Of a stretch of DNA of 64,000 nucleotides, positions 21,262 to 32,082 are shown piece after piece. The stretch's first letter is position 1, and the number at the start of each line of letters is the position of its first letter. Below the pieces are notes generated by a model. It ran no database searches. It saw only the letters and a program-made list of their open reading frames with translations, and was not told the origin of the DNA. This stretch comes from a bacterium (lineage in GTDB: Bacteria; Zhuqueibacterota; QNDG01): the NCBI GenBank assembly GCA_021158245.1, contig JAGGVB010000065.1, positions 6,757 through 70,756 of the forward strand, read 5' to 3'. The translations under genes and the position numbers were made by a program.

Positions 21262-22629
21262 TTATTGCTTATTCAATATCTTTTTCTTCTTCAGGTGTTC
21301 TATTTTCATCCTTTTTTCTGCTCTAACCTGAAGCTTTTCAGCCGATAGAATAATTCCTGTTGATAAGCCAAGCTGATACAATATTTGATATGCATGTATA
21401 TCAGGACTGAATGTAAAAACTATTATTATTGCTAAAATACCCCCCAAAACACCAAGAACCGTATTTATTATAAAACTTGAATATAGCTTACGTGTCAAAA
21501 TCCTAATCCCTACAACAAATATGCTGATTAAATACCATATAATAAGGATTGCTCCTATAAGACCCATTTCTGCTGCAATTAAAAGATATGAGTTATGAAC
21601 CATAAATGCAAAAACCTTTGCATAATCATTAGCTTTTTCTGTATTTGTCATGTAATCCCATGAAACAAGTTCATAATGCCCCAAACCAACTCCTAACACC
21701 GGATGTGCTTTAATTATTCGTCCCGCAATTCGAAACTGCGGAAATCGAACTTCATAAGAAGCGTCCCTTTGCGCACCGAACTGACTGATAATTTTATCAC
21801 CATAACGAATTGTAAAAGCCATAAAAAATATCAGGATTACAGGGAAAGCCCATTTAATTTGACTTTTAAACCTCTTGTTAAAAAGACTAATGACAAATAA
21901 TAGCCCCAACGTAATACTAAAAGCAATCCACGGAGCCCTTCCGTATGTAGTAAAAAATGCAATGGTTCCCAGGATAAATGCACTGCCTGCAATAAAATAA
22001 ATTTTTCTTTTCTCCGGTTTGTAATAGAGAAAAAGCCTGAAGGCCACCGGCAGAGTCATAGCAAGATAATTAGCATAAAAGCTAGTCACGAAAAAGGTGC
22101 CCATGGTTCTCCATTTGATTCTGGCAAACGAGCGTTCTCCAAGATACCAAATTCCTATTGCGCCAAACCTCCATTGATATATCCCTATTAAACTCTCAAC
22201 AATAATCCCGATAATCATCGCATAAACTATTATTTTAAAATCTTTTAATGAGTGTACATTATTTACAACTGCAATAATAACAAGATACAGCCTCAAATAT
22301 TTTGATAACTCCGCGAGTACCCACCCATGTTGAAGAGCAAAAAACGATGATACAATTCCTGCAATCAGGAATAAAATCAAGGGTAAAGTCACTGGCATTA
22401 CTGAATATTTGAATTTATATTTTGAAACTATTCCTGTAAGAAGAAGACTGATTACCGGTAAATCCGCAAGCATGAGTCCTGTATAATGATAGAATATCCA
22501 CCCTGAAGAAAATATGTACAGAAACCCTACGAGAAATAGAAAATATTTTCCTCTGTCTCTGACAAATAACGGCACTATACCAAAAAATACAGTTGAAATA
22601 AAAACAAATACTAACTTTGCAGAACTCAT
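21262..22629 (-). CDS. O-antigen ligase/polymerase family membrane protein (Wzy/WaaL-like)
   Basis: 455 aa with about 10-12 TM segments and a large periplasmic loop. Typical neighbour of Wzx in Wzy-dependent loci. No sharper motif. Confidence 0.55.
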   Translation of the reverse strand: MSSAKLVFVFISTVFFGIVPLFVRDRGKYFLFLVGFLYIFSSGWIFYHYTGLMLADLPVISLLLTGIVSKYKFKYSVMPVTLPLILFLIAGIVSSFFALQHGWVLAELSKYLRLYLVIIAVVNNVHSLKDFKIIVYAMIIGIIVESLIGIYQWRFGAIGIWYLGERSFARIKWRTMGTFFVTSFYANYLAMTLPVAFRLFLYYKPEKRKIYFIAGSAFILGTIAFFTTYGRAPWIAFSITLGLLFVISLFNKRFKSQIKWAFPVILIFFMAFTIRYGDKIISQFGAQRDASYEVRFPQFRIAGRIIKAHPVLGVGLGHYELVSWDYMTNTEKANDYAKVFAFMVHNSYLLIAAEMGLIGAILIIWYLISIFVVGIRILTRKLYSSFIINTVLGVLGGILAIIIVFTFSPDIHAYQILYQLGLSTGIILSAEKLQVRAEKRMKIEHLKKKKILNKQ

Positions 22630-23900
22630 ACTTTTATATGCTCTCTTTTAAATCGTATTACTTTATAAACTCCAAACGCCGACAGAACAGCTAAAAACGG
22701 ATAAAGGGGCATCCTATATCTTGGCACTGCAACAGTCAAAGAATGAATAACACCTGAGTATAAAAATAATGTGAAAATAATAATATATTGACGCCACTCT
22801 TTTCTGGAAATCACAACTCCTATGGCAGTAAAAAACAACATCAGATAGTAACTTGCAGTAAGTGTAAAAAATATCATGAAATTTGTAGATCTTGGCCTCC
22901 CATTTGGAATATTTCTATATGCCTTAAAATAATACAAAAAAAACTTTTTAGCTGATAAAGAAAAATAGGTCCATGGATGCTGAATAATTGTCTGCATAGC
23001 CTTACTGAATAGGACATTATCTCTTTGAACAAGATTATCAACACTGCCTGCTTCTTTCACAATCCTTTCCATAGTTTCAGAATAACGAAATTCTCCATTA
23101 TAGGGCAGATAACTGCCAACCCACAATCCCGAACGAGCCCCTCTTGCAATAGGTATAAATTCATGGAACTGTATATAATTTCTTATTATCCATGGGGAAA
23201 CAACTGCATAGCATACTACTGCCATAACAATTGTTCCTTTCAGATTGGTACGCATAGATTTAAAAACATAGAATGTAATAACTATAAAAACAGGAAACAT
23301 GATTAATATATGACGTGTAAGTAAGCCTAATCCAAGTAAAAGTCCGCTCCAAACCCACAGCCATAAACTAAATTTTTGTTTATACCCCTTTATCATAAAA
23401 TAAAAAGCAGTTGTACTAAAAACCATATAAAGAGTTTCTGTATAGAGATAAGAAGGAATGACAATAAGTTCCGGAAAAACTGCCGCAATTCCAGCGCCTA
23501 TCAATCCTGTCTTTTCATTGAAAAGTAATTTCCCTATCTTAAAGACAATTATTATTGTTGAAGCACTTAAAAAGGCTTGTATCAGTTTAACAATTAATAT
23601 GTTTTTCCCAAAAACGGCAAAAATACCTGCAAGAAAAGTAGGATAAAGCGGTGGTGCAAAAGCAGACGGTCTCCGTATGTACTCACAAAAACCTCTTCCC
23701 TGTAAAATATGAACAGCCGTTTTTTGATATCTTTGTGAATCCATTAATGCCCCCTCACCTATATCAGGAAACATTATTATAAACATAACCCTTAATACCA
23801 AGCCTGTAATAACTATCGCTAATAAAAGATGCTTTGTATCCCTAAAATATTTTATACCATTTTTAAGAATATGAATCATTATGTTTTTTAAACCTGCCAT
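22626..23900 (-). CDS. GT-C fold membrane glycosyltransferase (PMT_2/ArnT-like)
   Basis: Polytopic. Acidic motif in the N-terminal loop (DIGEGALMDSQRY). Architecture matches the dolichyl-phosphate-mannose transferase-like family. Confidence 0.6.
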   Translation of the reverse strand: MAGLKNIMIHILKNGIKYFRDTKHLLLAIVITGLVLRVMFIIMFPDIGEGALMDSQRYQKTAVHILQGRGFCEYIRRPSAFAPPLYPTFLAGIFAVFGKNILIVKLIQAFLSASTIIIVFKIGKLLFNEKTGLIGAGIAAVFPELIVIPSYLYTETLYMVFSTTAFYFMIKGYKQKFSLWLWVWSGLLLGLGLLTRHILIMFPVFIVITFYVFKSMRTNLKGTIVMAVVCYAVVSPWIIRNYIQFHEFIPIARGARSGLWVGSYLPYNGEFRYSETMERIVKEAGSVDNLVQRDNVLFSKAMQTIIQHPWTYFSLSAKKFFLYYFKAYRNIPNGRPRSTNFMIFFTLTASYYLMLFFTAIGVVISRKEWRQYIIIFTLFLYSGVIHSLTVAVPRYRMPLYPFLAVLSAFGVYKVIRFKREHIKV

Positions 23901-24024
23901 TTCTTTATGCCCTTTCTAATAAAATACAATTACAAAAGTTTGTAATTAATTAATTCTTGTCAATGTCTTTAAACTATAAGCCAAAATTGTAGTTCAAAAT
24001 TATTTATATTATAACTCCAGAATA

Positions 24025-24246
24025 TCACTTAAATATCTCTTCAACTGCCTTTTTACCCTCCCCCTCTATGAACAATCCGGTATACTCAAAATCATTCTTT
24101 ACAAAAGCCGGATGGAATGCATCACTAAAACTATAAGACCCCTTGCAAAAAGGCACATATACATCAGGAGGTTGCATAAAATATTCAAAAAATGAAATTA
24201 CCCCTGATTCAGGAACACCTACAATTAAATAATTCGGCAAAGCCAT
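24025..24246 (-). pseudogene. 73-aa ORF resembling the N-terminal PAPS-binding loop of a sulfotransferase; possible gene remnant
   Basis: LIVGVPESG resembles the sulfotransferase 5'-PSB motif (L-I-V-G-x-P-K-S-G-T). The ORF stops after 73 aa and no continuation appears in other frames of the 124-bp downstream gap. Confidence 0.2.
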
Positions 24247-24254
24247 TAACCTCT

Positions 24255-25301
24255 CTATGAAATGATTTCATGTTTATTTGTCTTCAAAATTTCATAAACC
24301 AGAAATACTCCTCCGAGAAGGCTCATTAACACAGTAAGAAATGACTGCATCAATCCCAAAGACAAAGCCTCTGTTCTCATGAAACCAAATTTTGTCAAAA
24401 ATACTACAAAACTAATTTCTCTTATACCCACACCGTTAAAAGATATTGGAACCATAAGAATTATCCTTAACAACGGCATAAAACTTATAATATACAAAAA
24501 AGGCAGATTCAACTCAAGGCTTCTGCTTAAAATCCATAAAGAAAAAAAACCCATTATATGGCCGGTAAAATTTAGAAGCATGAGAAAAAGAAAAAATTTA
24601 AAATCCTGGCCAATAACAATGTGTTTATTTATGAGCCTGAGTAATATTTTCTTGATAAATGTACTACTATTATTATCCTTGTATACAAATTCTGATCTGC
24701 AATACAGTGCAACAAATAAAATGTAACTCAGACAAAGAACCAGAACTAAAATACCTGCAAAAATTACTCTGCTGCCTAAACCAAGCAGGTCTCCAAACAG
24801 TACAAGAGATATTCCTGCTAATATAAACAAAGTGAGAACCATTAGATAACGCGTAATTAATATTGAAAAAGTTGTATTAAATTTACTTTTCGTTATGCTG
24901 TTCAATTTTACACCGCGATAAATATCTCCGCCTATAAAAGTTAATAAATTATTAACAAACAGCGCTTGAAAAGAAAAAAATACTACTTCTCGAAAAGAAA
25001 CCCTCATGTTTAATTTCTTAACTACAAAAAACCAAACTGCAAAATATATCGGCTGTGCGGCAACAAGTACAATAAAGCTTATTATCAACCTTGACAGATC
25101 AATATCTGAAATCAGCTTAATTACTCTGCTAAAATCAGTTTTATGTATTAAATATACAAATATAACAATAGTTATAATAATCTGCAACAGTCGTGTTACA
25201 ATTTTAACAATTTTATTATTCATTCTTAAAGCCATAATTAATTGTTCCTGCCTTTCAAAGATACGACAAAATATTGCTGCAATACAACTCGATTGTCTCA
25301 T
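24255..25301 (-). CDS. flippase-like / lysylphosphatidylglycerol-synthase TM-region family membrane protein
   Basis: 8-TM protein of 348 aa. Its position immediately upstream of a GT2 gene is typical of this family. The true start may be an internal Met. Confidence 0.5.
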   Translation of the reverse strand: MRQSSCIAAIFCRIFERQEQLIMALRMNNKIVKIVTRLLQIIITIVIFVYLIHKTDFSRVIKLISDIDLSRLIISFIVLVAAQPIYFAVWFFVVKKLNMRVSFREVVFFSFQALFVNNLLTFIGGDIYRGVKLNSITKSKFNTTFSILITRYLMVLTLFILAGISLVLFGDLLGLGSRVIFAGILVLVLCLSYILFVALYCRSEFVYKDNNSSTFIKKILLRLINKHIVIGQDFKFFLFLMLLNFTGHIMGFFSLWILSRSLELNLPFLYIISFMPLLRIILMVPISFNGVGIREISFVVFLTKFGFMRTEALSLGLMQSFLTVLMSLLGGVFLVYEILKTNKHEIIS

Positions 25302-25603
25302 TTAAAACATCTATTATCCTGTTTTTAAAATAAGAAGATTCAATTAGACAGGAAGACAGTCACATTCCACTACAGTCATCAATAATACGATTCTACTGAA
25401 CAAATTTCTTTTTCAATCTTACCTTATTATAAAAAGCAAAAACTTTAAAACATTATTTTATCTTTCAGCAAAGCCACCTCCTGAAATATTAAAAAACAAT
25501 AACCCCAAATCAATGACTACAATAGGCGATATCAGGAGGAAATACTGCCCGAATAATTTTTAATCAATGCCAGATACCTGTTACGCTCAAGGGCCTGCAT
25601 CTT

Positions 25604-26323
25604 TCATGGACTTTTATCCTGACGTTCAAAATCGTACTTGTGCCATACAAAAATATCTGCACATAGAACAACTCTCATTCTCATTAGATGTGTACGCCAG
25701 GATAAATCCACATCCTCCATGTATGCAAAATAATCTTCGTCAAACCCGCCTGCTTTTAGATAGAACTCCTTTTTAATCAGCAAACATGCACCGCTTGCAG
25801 CGACAATATCTCTGTCTTCATTATTTTTTTCCGAATCGATTTCTTTGAAATGTGTCATATAGCCGAAGCCGAGATAGTTTATCTCATTGCCAAGAGTATT
25901 TATCAGTTTATCTTTCTTCTTGTTAAAAAGGTATAGTTTGGGCTGAACCAGAGCAATGGAACTGCTGCTGAATCCCGTATGTACCATTTTTTGTATTAAA
26001 AAAACATCATCAATTGCCATATCCGAATTCATCACAATAACAGCGTCACATTTTTGCAAATTAAACTTTTTATACATCTCTTTATTGAATGCTGCAGAGA
26101 ACCCAAGATTCTTTTTGTTCGTAACTGTTTCCACTTCAGGGAATTGCTTTTTGACAAAATCCGAAGAGCCGTCTGACGACGAATTATCAATAAATGTTAC
26201 TGAAAAATTACCATATTGTTGTTTTAGAATATCAGTAAAAAGAACATTAAGACATCCAATGTCATTGTATCCCAAAACAAGCACGGCAACTCTCGGAAGG
26301 AATTCTCTTCTCTTCCCGGTCAT
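25604..26323 (-). CDS. glycosyltransferase family 2
   Basis: N-terminal VAVLVLGYNDIG and DxD-type GT-A fold, 239 aa. Confidence 0.75.
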   Translation of the reverse strand: MTGKRREFLPRVAVLVLGYNDIGCLNVLFTDILKQQYGNFSVTFIDNSSSDGSSDFVKKQFPEVETVTNKKNLGFSAAFNKEMYKKFNLQKCDAVIVMNSDMAIDDVFLIQKMVHTGFSSSSIALVQPKLYLFNKKKDKLINTLGNEINYLGFGYMTHFKEIDSEKNNEDRDIVAASGACLLIKKEFYLKAGGFDEDYFAYMEDVDLSWRTHLMRMRVVLCADIFVWHKYDFERQDKSP

Positions 26324-26354
26324 TCAAAATACTCTCTGTATTCTTCTTTCCTCA

Positions 26355-26720
26355 TTAAGAAAGGCTGTCCATTCTGTCATTTAAACTTTTTATTTCTGTA
26401 CCAAGAATAGCAACTTTCTGAGCAAGTGTATTATTCTCCTTTGTCAGCTTTGATATCACAACTGAGAAATGGAGCGCAATTACCATCCCGCAAAAAATTG
26501 CCAGCACAAACAGAGCAGACGGGGGATAATAAATCCCGATCAAATGTGATATCTTTTCAAGGAGCCCTCTCCAGGCTGCCATTATAAAAAGCAAGACAGC
26601 CGAAGCGATCCATAGAAGAGAATACTGCTCAAGTAATCTGTTTTTACGAATAAGCTGAAATATTACAAGGAGTAGTATAACTCCCATCAGCATAGTAAGT
26701 ATTTGAATACGAATCTGCAT
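26355..26720 (-). CDS. DUF2304-family small membrane protein
   Basis: 121 aa with 3 TM segments and a C-terminal coiled-coil tail. Its position between two GT2 genes and next to a GT-C matches the conserved GT2-DUF2304-GT-C module. Confidence 0.6.
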   Translation of the reverse strand: MQIRIQILTMLMGVILLLVIFQLIRKNRLLEQYSLLWIASAVLLFIMAAWRGLLEKISHLIGIYYPPSALFVLAIFCGMVIALHFSVVISKLTKENNTLAQKVAILGTEIKSLNDRMDSLS

Positions 26721-26735
26721 TAAATTCTCCGCATT

Positions 26736-27449
26736 TTAAATTTGCCTTTTTTTAAAAAGATCAACGAATATTGCAAGAAAAACCTTTATCATATAATAAG
26801 CCGCTTTAAATGACGATATTGAAGATTTGCCATGCTCTCTCTCCCTCATCTCAACCGGTACTTCAACCAGGCCGAAACCGTTTTTTTTAAGGATTATTAC
26901 AGATTCAGGTTCAGGATAATCACTTGGATAATTTTCCGAAAGGAATTCAAGGGCTTTACGGTTGTAAGCTCTGAATCCGGAAGTATTGTCTGTAATTTTC
27001 TGTCCGATCGCAAGAGAATTTACAAACTTGAACATGCCTATGCCGATCTGCCTTGCAGCTGAACTTTTAAAACCTCTCTGGTTTAAAAATCTGGATCCTA
27101 TTGCTACATCCGCTTCGGAACCCTCCAGCGCATCCAATAACTTATGTATTTCCGATGCAATATGCTGGCCGTCCCCGTCCACCTGAACTGCAATGTCATA
27201 ACCGAATTCAACTGCATACTTAAATCCGGTCTGCACAGCTCCTCCTATACCAAGATTAAACGGCAGAGTTATCACTTCTGCTCCGCTTTTTCTTGCAGAG
27301 TCGGAAGTTCTGTCCGTAGACCCGTCATCAACAACAACAATATCTATTGGTACGGAAATATCTTGTATCTCCCGAATAACATTTGAAATTGCTCCCTGCT
27401 CATTAAACGCAGGAACAATTGCGAGATATTTTTTGTGCATCGAGTTCAC
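26736..27449 (-). CDS. GT2 polyprenyl-phosphate glycosyltransferase (DPM1/GtrB-like)
   Basis: LAIVPAFNEQG...VVVDDGSTDRT, 237 aa. Resembles dolichyl-phosphate beta-glucosyl/mannosyl transferases. Confidence 0.75.
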   Translation of the reverse strand: MNSMHKKYLAIVPAFNEQGAISNVIREIQDISVPIDIVVVDDGSTDRTSDSARKSGAEVITLPFNLGIGGAVQTGFKYAVEFGYDIAVQVDGDGQHIASEIHKLLDALEGSEADVAIGSRFLNQRGFKSSAARQIGIGMFKFVNSLAIGQKITDNTSGFRAYNRKALEFLSENYPSDYPEPESVIILKKNGFGLVEVPVEMREREHGKSSISSFKAAYYMIKVFLAIFVDLFKKRQI

Positions 27450-29177
27450 TTATTCTGCCTCTTTAATGCTCTTTTTGTACAATATCTTATACACAACTGC
27501 ACGAACACCGTCCGGGTCTGTCCTGTCATAGACCAGCCGAATATCTTCCGGCATCATATCCGGACTCAGAAATGGATATGCATTTTTAAACCATACCACA
27601 TATCTGGAACTGAACACAACGTACTCACACTGTTTGTATCGTGCATAATCTAAAATTTTTGATACGGAATCATAAGAAAATGAGGCTCCTTTTTTCATAT
27701 CATACTGCCCTGCATAAAAATCTGCCGCTTTGTTTATACTTAAAAGAATCGGCGGATGATCAGTATGATTTTTGAGCCAGATCCCGGCTTCCTTAATTTC
27801 AACAGGCTCTCCCCATAATCCCGGCATATACTTTTTTATGGCAAAAATCCTGCCTGACTCAAGAATAAAACAGAAAAGAATTAAAATACTGATAACAGTC
27901 GTTTTACTAATAACAGCCTTCTTTTTGCTAATAATTGAATCTTTTTCAGATACATCTTCTATTGCATCTTCCGTCCAGTTAATTAAATAAATTACACCTC
28001 TTGATATCCATATAAAAAATATGGGAAAGAGGGGTATAAGATACCTGGGATTAACATGGAAAAGAGGTATAACAACAAACCAGAAAAACACTATATTTAA
28101 AGACAGGTAAAAAATAAGGTGCCACTTTTTCCTGGAATAAAATTGAGCAAGGAATCCTGCAGTTGCAAAAATCAGCAATATCACTGTAACTACCCTTGGA
28201 ACGGCCTCCTTTAAAACTTTATTTAAATTTTTTGCGTACTTTTCAGCATATTCTCTGATACTTATTGATACAAATCTATTCCGCCCTTCCTGAAATTTGG
28301 TTAAATCCTGAATATTACCATAAAGATATGCCATATCAGCAGGAAGGTGCTTATTGTCAGAAGTAACGTGGTAAAAAGGATCTTTAATATTCTTCGGATT
28401 GAATTCAACAGCTGCTTCAAGCTGCTGATTAACCATGCCTTTTGTGCTGAAAGTCCACACGCCTGTTACTTTTTTTAGATAGATTAGATACGGCGAAGAT
28501 ATAATTAAAAAGCCAAACACTGTTATAGAAATCCACACTACAAAGGTAGTTTTTTTATCCTTCGTTAACCGGAATAATGCTGACAGGAACAAAAATCCAA
28601 AAGCCACTATTAAAAAGCCGACACCTTCCGGCCTGACAAGATAACTCAAAGCCCATAATACCCCTGCAAAGAAAAAGAAAATTCTCTTTTTTTGCAAAAA
28701 TGCATTATAAAAAAGCAATACTCCTGCAAGCCCGAGAAGAGTATAAAGCGGTTCCGTACCAACATCTGTTGACTCGTATGCGATAGGCGGATAGAAAAGT
28801 ATGAACAGCGCGCTGATTCTTGCAGTATTTCTGTCAAAAATCTTTTTTGTAAGAGTATAAATAATTATAGAAACCCCTGCACTTGCAAGAATATTTACAG
28901 CCCGGCCTGCTGATTCAAGACTTTTTAGAACAAGGCTGAAAATTGCTGTAACAGCAGGGTACAGAGGAGGCCAGTAAGGATGAAGAAGCCCGTGGATACC
29001 ATTCTGTAAAAAACTTCCTGCAAGACGCAGGTTGTGTGCTTCATCAAAGCTCACTGCAAATTGGCGGGTTACAATAAGAAAAATACGTGCTATTATGCCG
29101 ACAACAACTGCAGCGGCAAGAAACCAATCCCATTTCGGATAATTTGCAGCTTGTTCTGACTTTTTACTTTGTCTCAT
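27450..29177 (-). CDS. GT-C fold membrane glycosyltransferase (ArnT/PMT-like)
   Basis: 575 aa polytopic protein with SFDEAHN and HPYWPPLY motifs in the N-terminal loops. Large C-terminal periplasmic domain. Confidence 0.65.
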   Translation of the reverse strand: MRQSKKSEQAANYPKWDWFLAAAVVVGIIARIFLIVTRQFAVSFDEAHNLRLAGSFLQNGIHGLLHPYWPPLYPAVTAIFSLVLKSLESAGRAVNILASAGVSIIIYTLTKKIFDRNTARISALFILFYPPIAYESTDVGTEPLYTLLGLAGVLLFYNAFLQKKRIFFFFAGVLWALSYLVRPEGVGFLIVAFGFLFLSALFRLTKDKKTTFVVWISITVFGFLIISSPYLIYLKKVTGVWTFSTKGMVNQQLEAAVEFNPKNIKDPFYHVTSDNKHLPADMAYLYGNIQDLTKFQEGRNRFVSISIREYAEKYAKNLNKVLKEAVPRVVTVILLIFATAGFLAQFYSRKKWHLIFYLSLNIVFFWFVVIPLFHVNPRYLIPLFPIFFIWISRGVIYLINWTEDAIEDVSEKDSIISKKKAVISKTTVISILILFCFILESGRIFAIKKYMPGLWGEPVEIKEAGIWLKNHTDHPPILLSINKAADFYAGQYDMKKGASFSYDSVSKILDYARYKQCEYVVFSSRYVVWFKNAYPFLSPDMMPEDIRLVYDRTDPDGVRAVVYKILYKKSIKEAE

Positions 29178-30633
29178 TATTTTTTCCTGCTTTTATTTTT
29201 TTAACATGGAGAAGCTCATTAAAATCAATACCTTTTATTATTAAAAGAACTATAAAGTAGATGGTTACAGCGAAGACAAATCTGAGAACAAACGCAATAT
29301 GCACAAACGATATAAACAGTGCCATAAAAGATGTGGAAACCATTCCCTTCCAGAAAAAATTCTTTTGATTAAGCCGGCAAACAGACTTATGTGTTATTAC
29401 AAGTGTTACTGCAAGTACAGACCCGTATGATACAAATGTTGCGATGCTTGCTCCTATTTGTGCATACTTTGGTATTAGAATAAAATTAATGACAAGGTTT
29501 AACAAGAGACCGCCAATTTGTACTTTCAGTACATCCTTCTGTCTGTTACTTGCTATTAATAATCCGCCTGTAAAAATATTAAAAAAATTAAATCCCGCAG
29601 CAAAAATCACAATTCTGAGAACTATAACTGATGGTACAAAATCAGGCCCAAAAAGAGACATTATATCAGGTGCTAAAAACAGCGTGCCAACAACTACCGG
29701 GAAAGCAATATAGAATAAATATTTAAACCCAATCGTATAAATTTTTTCCACATACGCTTTATCTGAAATATAACTTCTCGACAATCTGGGAAAAGTGCTT
29801 GTAAACAGAACAGTAGGTATAACTTCGAGAAAAAGCAGTATCTTGTATGGTGCTGCATACCAGCCCGCTACACCGTCGCCTTTCATTGCAGAAAGCAGAA
29901 GAACATCAATGCGGGCATGAGCTTGTGCAAGAAACATAAAAAATCCTAAAATAACAGCTGCCTTGAATATCCCCTTCATAAAAAAAATGTTTACCGGCGC
30001 TCTTTTAATTTTAAATCTTGTTCTTACTAATATAAGATTTATTCCAAGGCTTATTACACCGGACAAAACAAATACAGATCCAAAAGCAACAATGCCCATA
30101 CCATTAACAAGCACATAAATCCCGGCTGAAGTTACAATTATTTTCTCAATTATTACCACGAACATTTCATACTGCATCTTCTCAAATCCGCGGTACACTC
30201 CCGAACAAAGCTGATTAAAAGAGTACAAAATACCGTAAATACCAAATAAAAAAATGAGGATTGTTTTATCCCGTGGAAAAGAAAAAAAGCTCAGGTATGA
30301 TCCCAGGAAAAGCGCACTTGCAGCAATAAGAATAATTTTCAGTACTGCCGAGTTCGTAAAATACTTTCCTGCTTCCTGCCTGTTCCTTGCTACTTCTCTC
30401 GTAAATAAAGTTACTATTCCAAAATCATCAAAAAGAAATACAAAATAGTACAGAACCGTTGCAAATGCGTATTTGCCGAACCCCTCATCACCAAGATATC
30501 TTCCTGCCATGATATTCAGTGCGAGTGCAAGAATAAGGTTAAAAGCCTGGCTTGCAGCAATAAAATAGGTATTTGTTTTAACACCGCTTACAGAAGAGGA
30601 ATTTATTTTTTTTTTGTCTAAACTCAAAATCAA
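29164..30633 (-). CDS. wzx: Wzx-like oligosaccharide flippase (MOP superfamily)
   Basis: 489 aa with 12-14 TM segments. Topology is typical of polysaccharide biosynthesis protein (Polysacc_synt). Confidence 0.75.
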   Translation of the reverse strand: MILSLDKKKINSSSVSGVKTNTYFIAASQAFNLILALALNIMAGRYLGDEGFGKYAFATVLYYFVFLFDDFGIVTLFTREVARNRQEAGKYFTNSAVLKIILIAASALFLGSYLSFFSFPRDKTILIFLFGIYGILYSFNQLCSGVYRGFEKMQYEMFVVIIEKIIVTSAGIYVLVNGMGIVAFGSVFVLSGVISLGINLILVRTRFKIKRAPVNIFFMKGIFKAAVILGFFMFLAQAHARIDVLLLSAMKGDGVAGWYAAPYKILLFLEVIPTVLFTSTFPRLSRSYISDKAYVEKIYTIGFKYLFYIAFPVVVGTLFLAPDIMSLFGPDFVPSVIVLRIVIFAAGFNFFNIFTGGLLIASNRQKDVLKVQIGGLLLNLVINFILIPKYAQIGASIATFVSYGSVLAVTLVITHKSVCRLNQKNFFWKGMVSTSFMALFISFVHIAFVLRFVFAVTIYFIVLLIIKGIDFNELLHVKKIKAGKNNETK

Positions 30634-30716
30634 ACCCTGTATATATTTACAAAAGTATACACTGCCGCATCACTTGATATTTATAAAATCAAGAAAATTA
30701 TGCTATCCGAAATGCA

Positions 30717-32033
30717 TCACAATTTCTTCATAAACTCTCTTACACTCGCTGTCACAAAATTCATTTTCTCAGAAGTAATACCCGGATAAATACCCATAAA
30801 AAAGCTGTCGCGTAAAATTTTATCAGCATTTGATAAATTTCCGATCGTTCTAAAATACAGGCCCAGATAGGCCGGATGACGTATAATATTTCCTGCAAAA
30901 AAGAGGCGCGTTTCAATATTCCTCTGTTCAAGAAATGAAAGGAAATCCCTGCGTGTAAAAACAGCATTATTCCGAATTGTAAGCGGGAATGCAAACCATG
31001 CAGGTTCTGCTTTCGGTAAAGATTCAGGAAGAATAAAGAACTCTTCATAATCTTTAAAGGTGTCATAAAGCTGTTTAAAATTTGCATTCCTTTTTGCAAT
31101 AAATTCAGGAACTCTCTTCAGCTGCACTCTTCCCATTGCAGCTTGGAACTCCATCGGTTTTAAGTTATATCCTATATTTGTATAAACATAGCGGATATCA
31201 TATCCTTCAGGAAGAATACCGCTTTTTGTTTTAAAAGGGCATGGTTTATCCGGATTTTTTACAACCTCGCAAATAGGACATGCACACGCCCTCCCCCAAT
31301 CACGAATTGACCTGCAGATTAAATTTAACCCGTTATCATTAACTGCAATCGCGCCGCCTTCTCCCATAGTCATATGATGTGCGACATAAAATGAAAATGT
31401 TGCCATGTCTCCGAAAGTACCAACCAGCTTACCGTCATATTTTGACCCAAGCGCATCACAAGTATCTTCAATGACTATTAAATCATGTTGCTTTGCTAAT
31501 GCCATTATTTCTGACATAGGATTAGGGTTGCCAAGCTGATGCAGAATGACAATGGCTTTTGTTTTAGGAGAAATTGCACGCTCAATCTGTTCAATGTCAG
31601 GATTGTAAGTACCAAGGTCAACATCAACCAGAACCGGAGTAAATCCGTTTTGAACAATAGGATTAAAAGTAGTAGGGAAAGTAACTGCCTGTGTAATTAT
31701 CTCATCACCAGGTTCAATTTTTCTCCTGAATTCATTGGATTTAAGAGCAGACAAAGCAATAAGATTTGCAGACGATCCGGAATTTGTTACCAGCGTATTT
31801 CCTGTACCAAGAAAGGATGCAAATTCCTGTTCAAATTTGCGCGCCTGGTTGCCAACACCGAACCAGCCGTCAAGTATTGAACCAACCATTGCTTTGATTT
31901 CATCTGCTCCGTATACGGGCCCGGCATATTGCACTTTGTTTTTTACAGGAGTAAAGCTCTTCATTCTCTCTTTTTCTTCAATAAAATCAGTTAAGAGCCC
32001 ATTAATCTGATCTCTTATATCATCAATTTTCAT
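30717..32033 (-). CDS. DegT/DnrJ/EryC1/StrS family PLP/PMP enzyme, RfbH(E1)-like sugar 3-dehydrase/aminotransferase
   Basis: 438 aa, the same length class as RfbH. Has a Cys-rich insert (CACPIC...C). Confidence 0.75.
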   Translation of the reverse strand: MKIDDIRDQINGLLTDFIEEKERMKSFTPVKNKVQYAGPVYGADEIKAMVGSILDGWFGVGNQARKFEQEFASFLGTGNTLVTNSGSSANLIALSALKSNEFRRKIEPGDEIITQAVTFPTTFNPIVQNGFTPVLVDVDLGTYNPDIEQIERAISPKTKAIVILHQLGNPNPMSEIMALAKQHDLIVIEDTCDALGSKYDGKLVGTFGDMATFSFYVAHHMTMGEGGAIAVNDNGLNLICRSIRDWGRACACPICEVVKNPDKPCPFKTKSGILPEGYDIRYVYTNIGYNLKPMEFQAAMGRVQLKRVPEFIAKRNANFKQLYDTFKDYEEFFILPESLPKAEPAWFAFPLTIRNNAVFTRRDFLSFLEQRNIETRLFFAGNIIRHPAYLGLYFRTIGNLSNADKILRDSFFMGIYPGITSEKMNFVTASVREFMKKL

Positions 32034-32082
32034 TTAATCCTCCGTAAACAATTTACAGCTTTCCTTATCTGAAACACTATAA

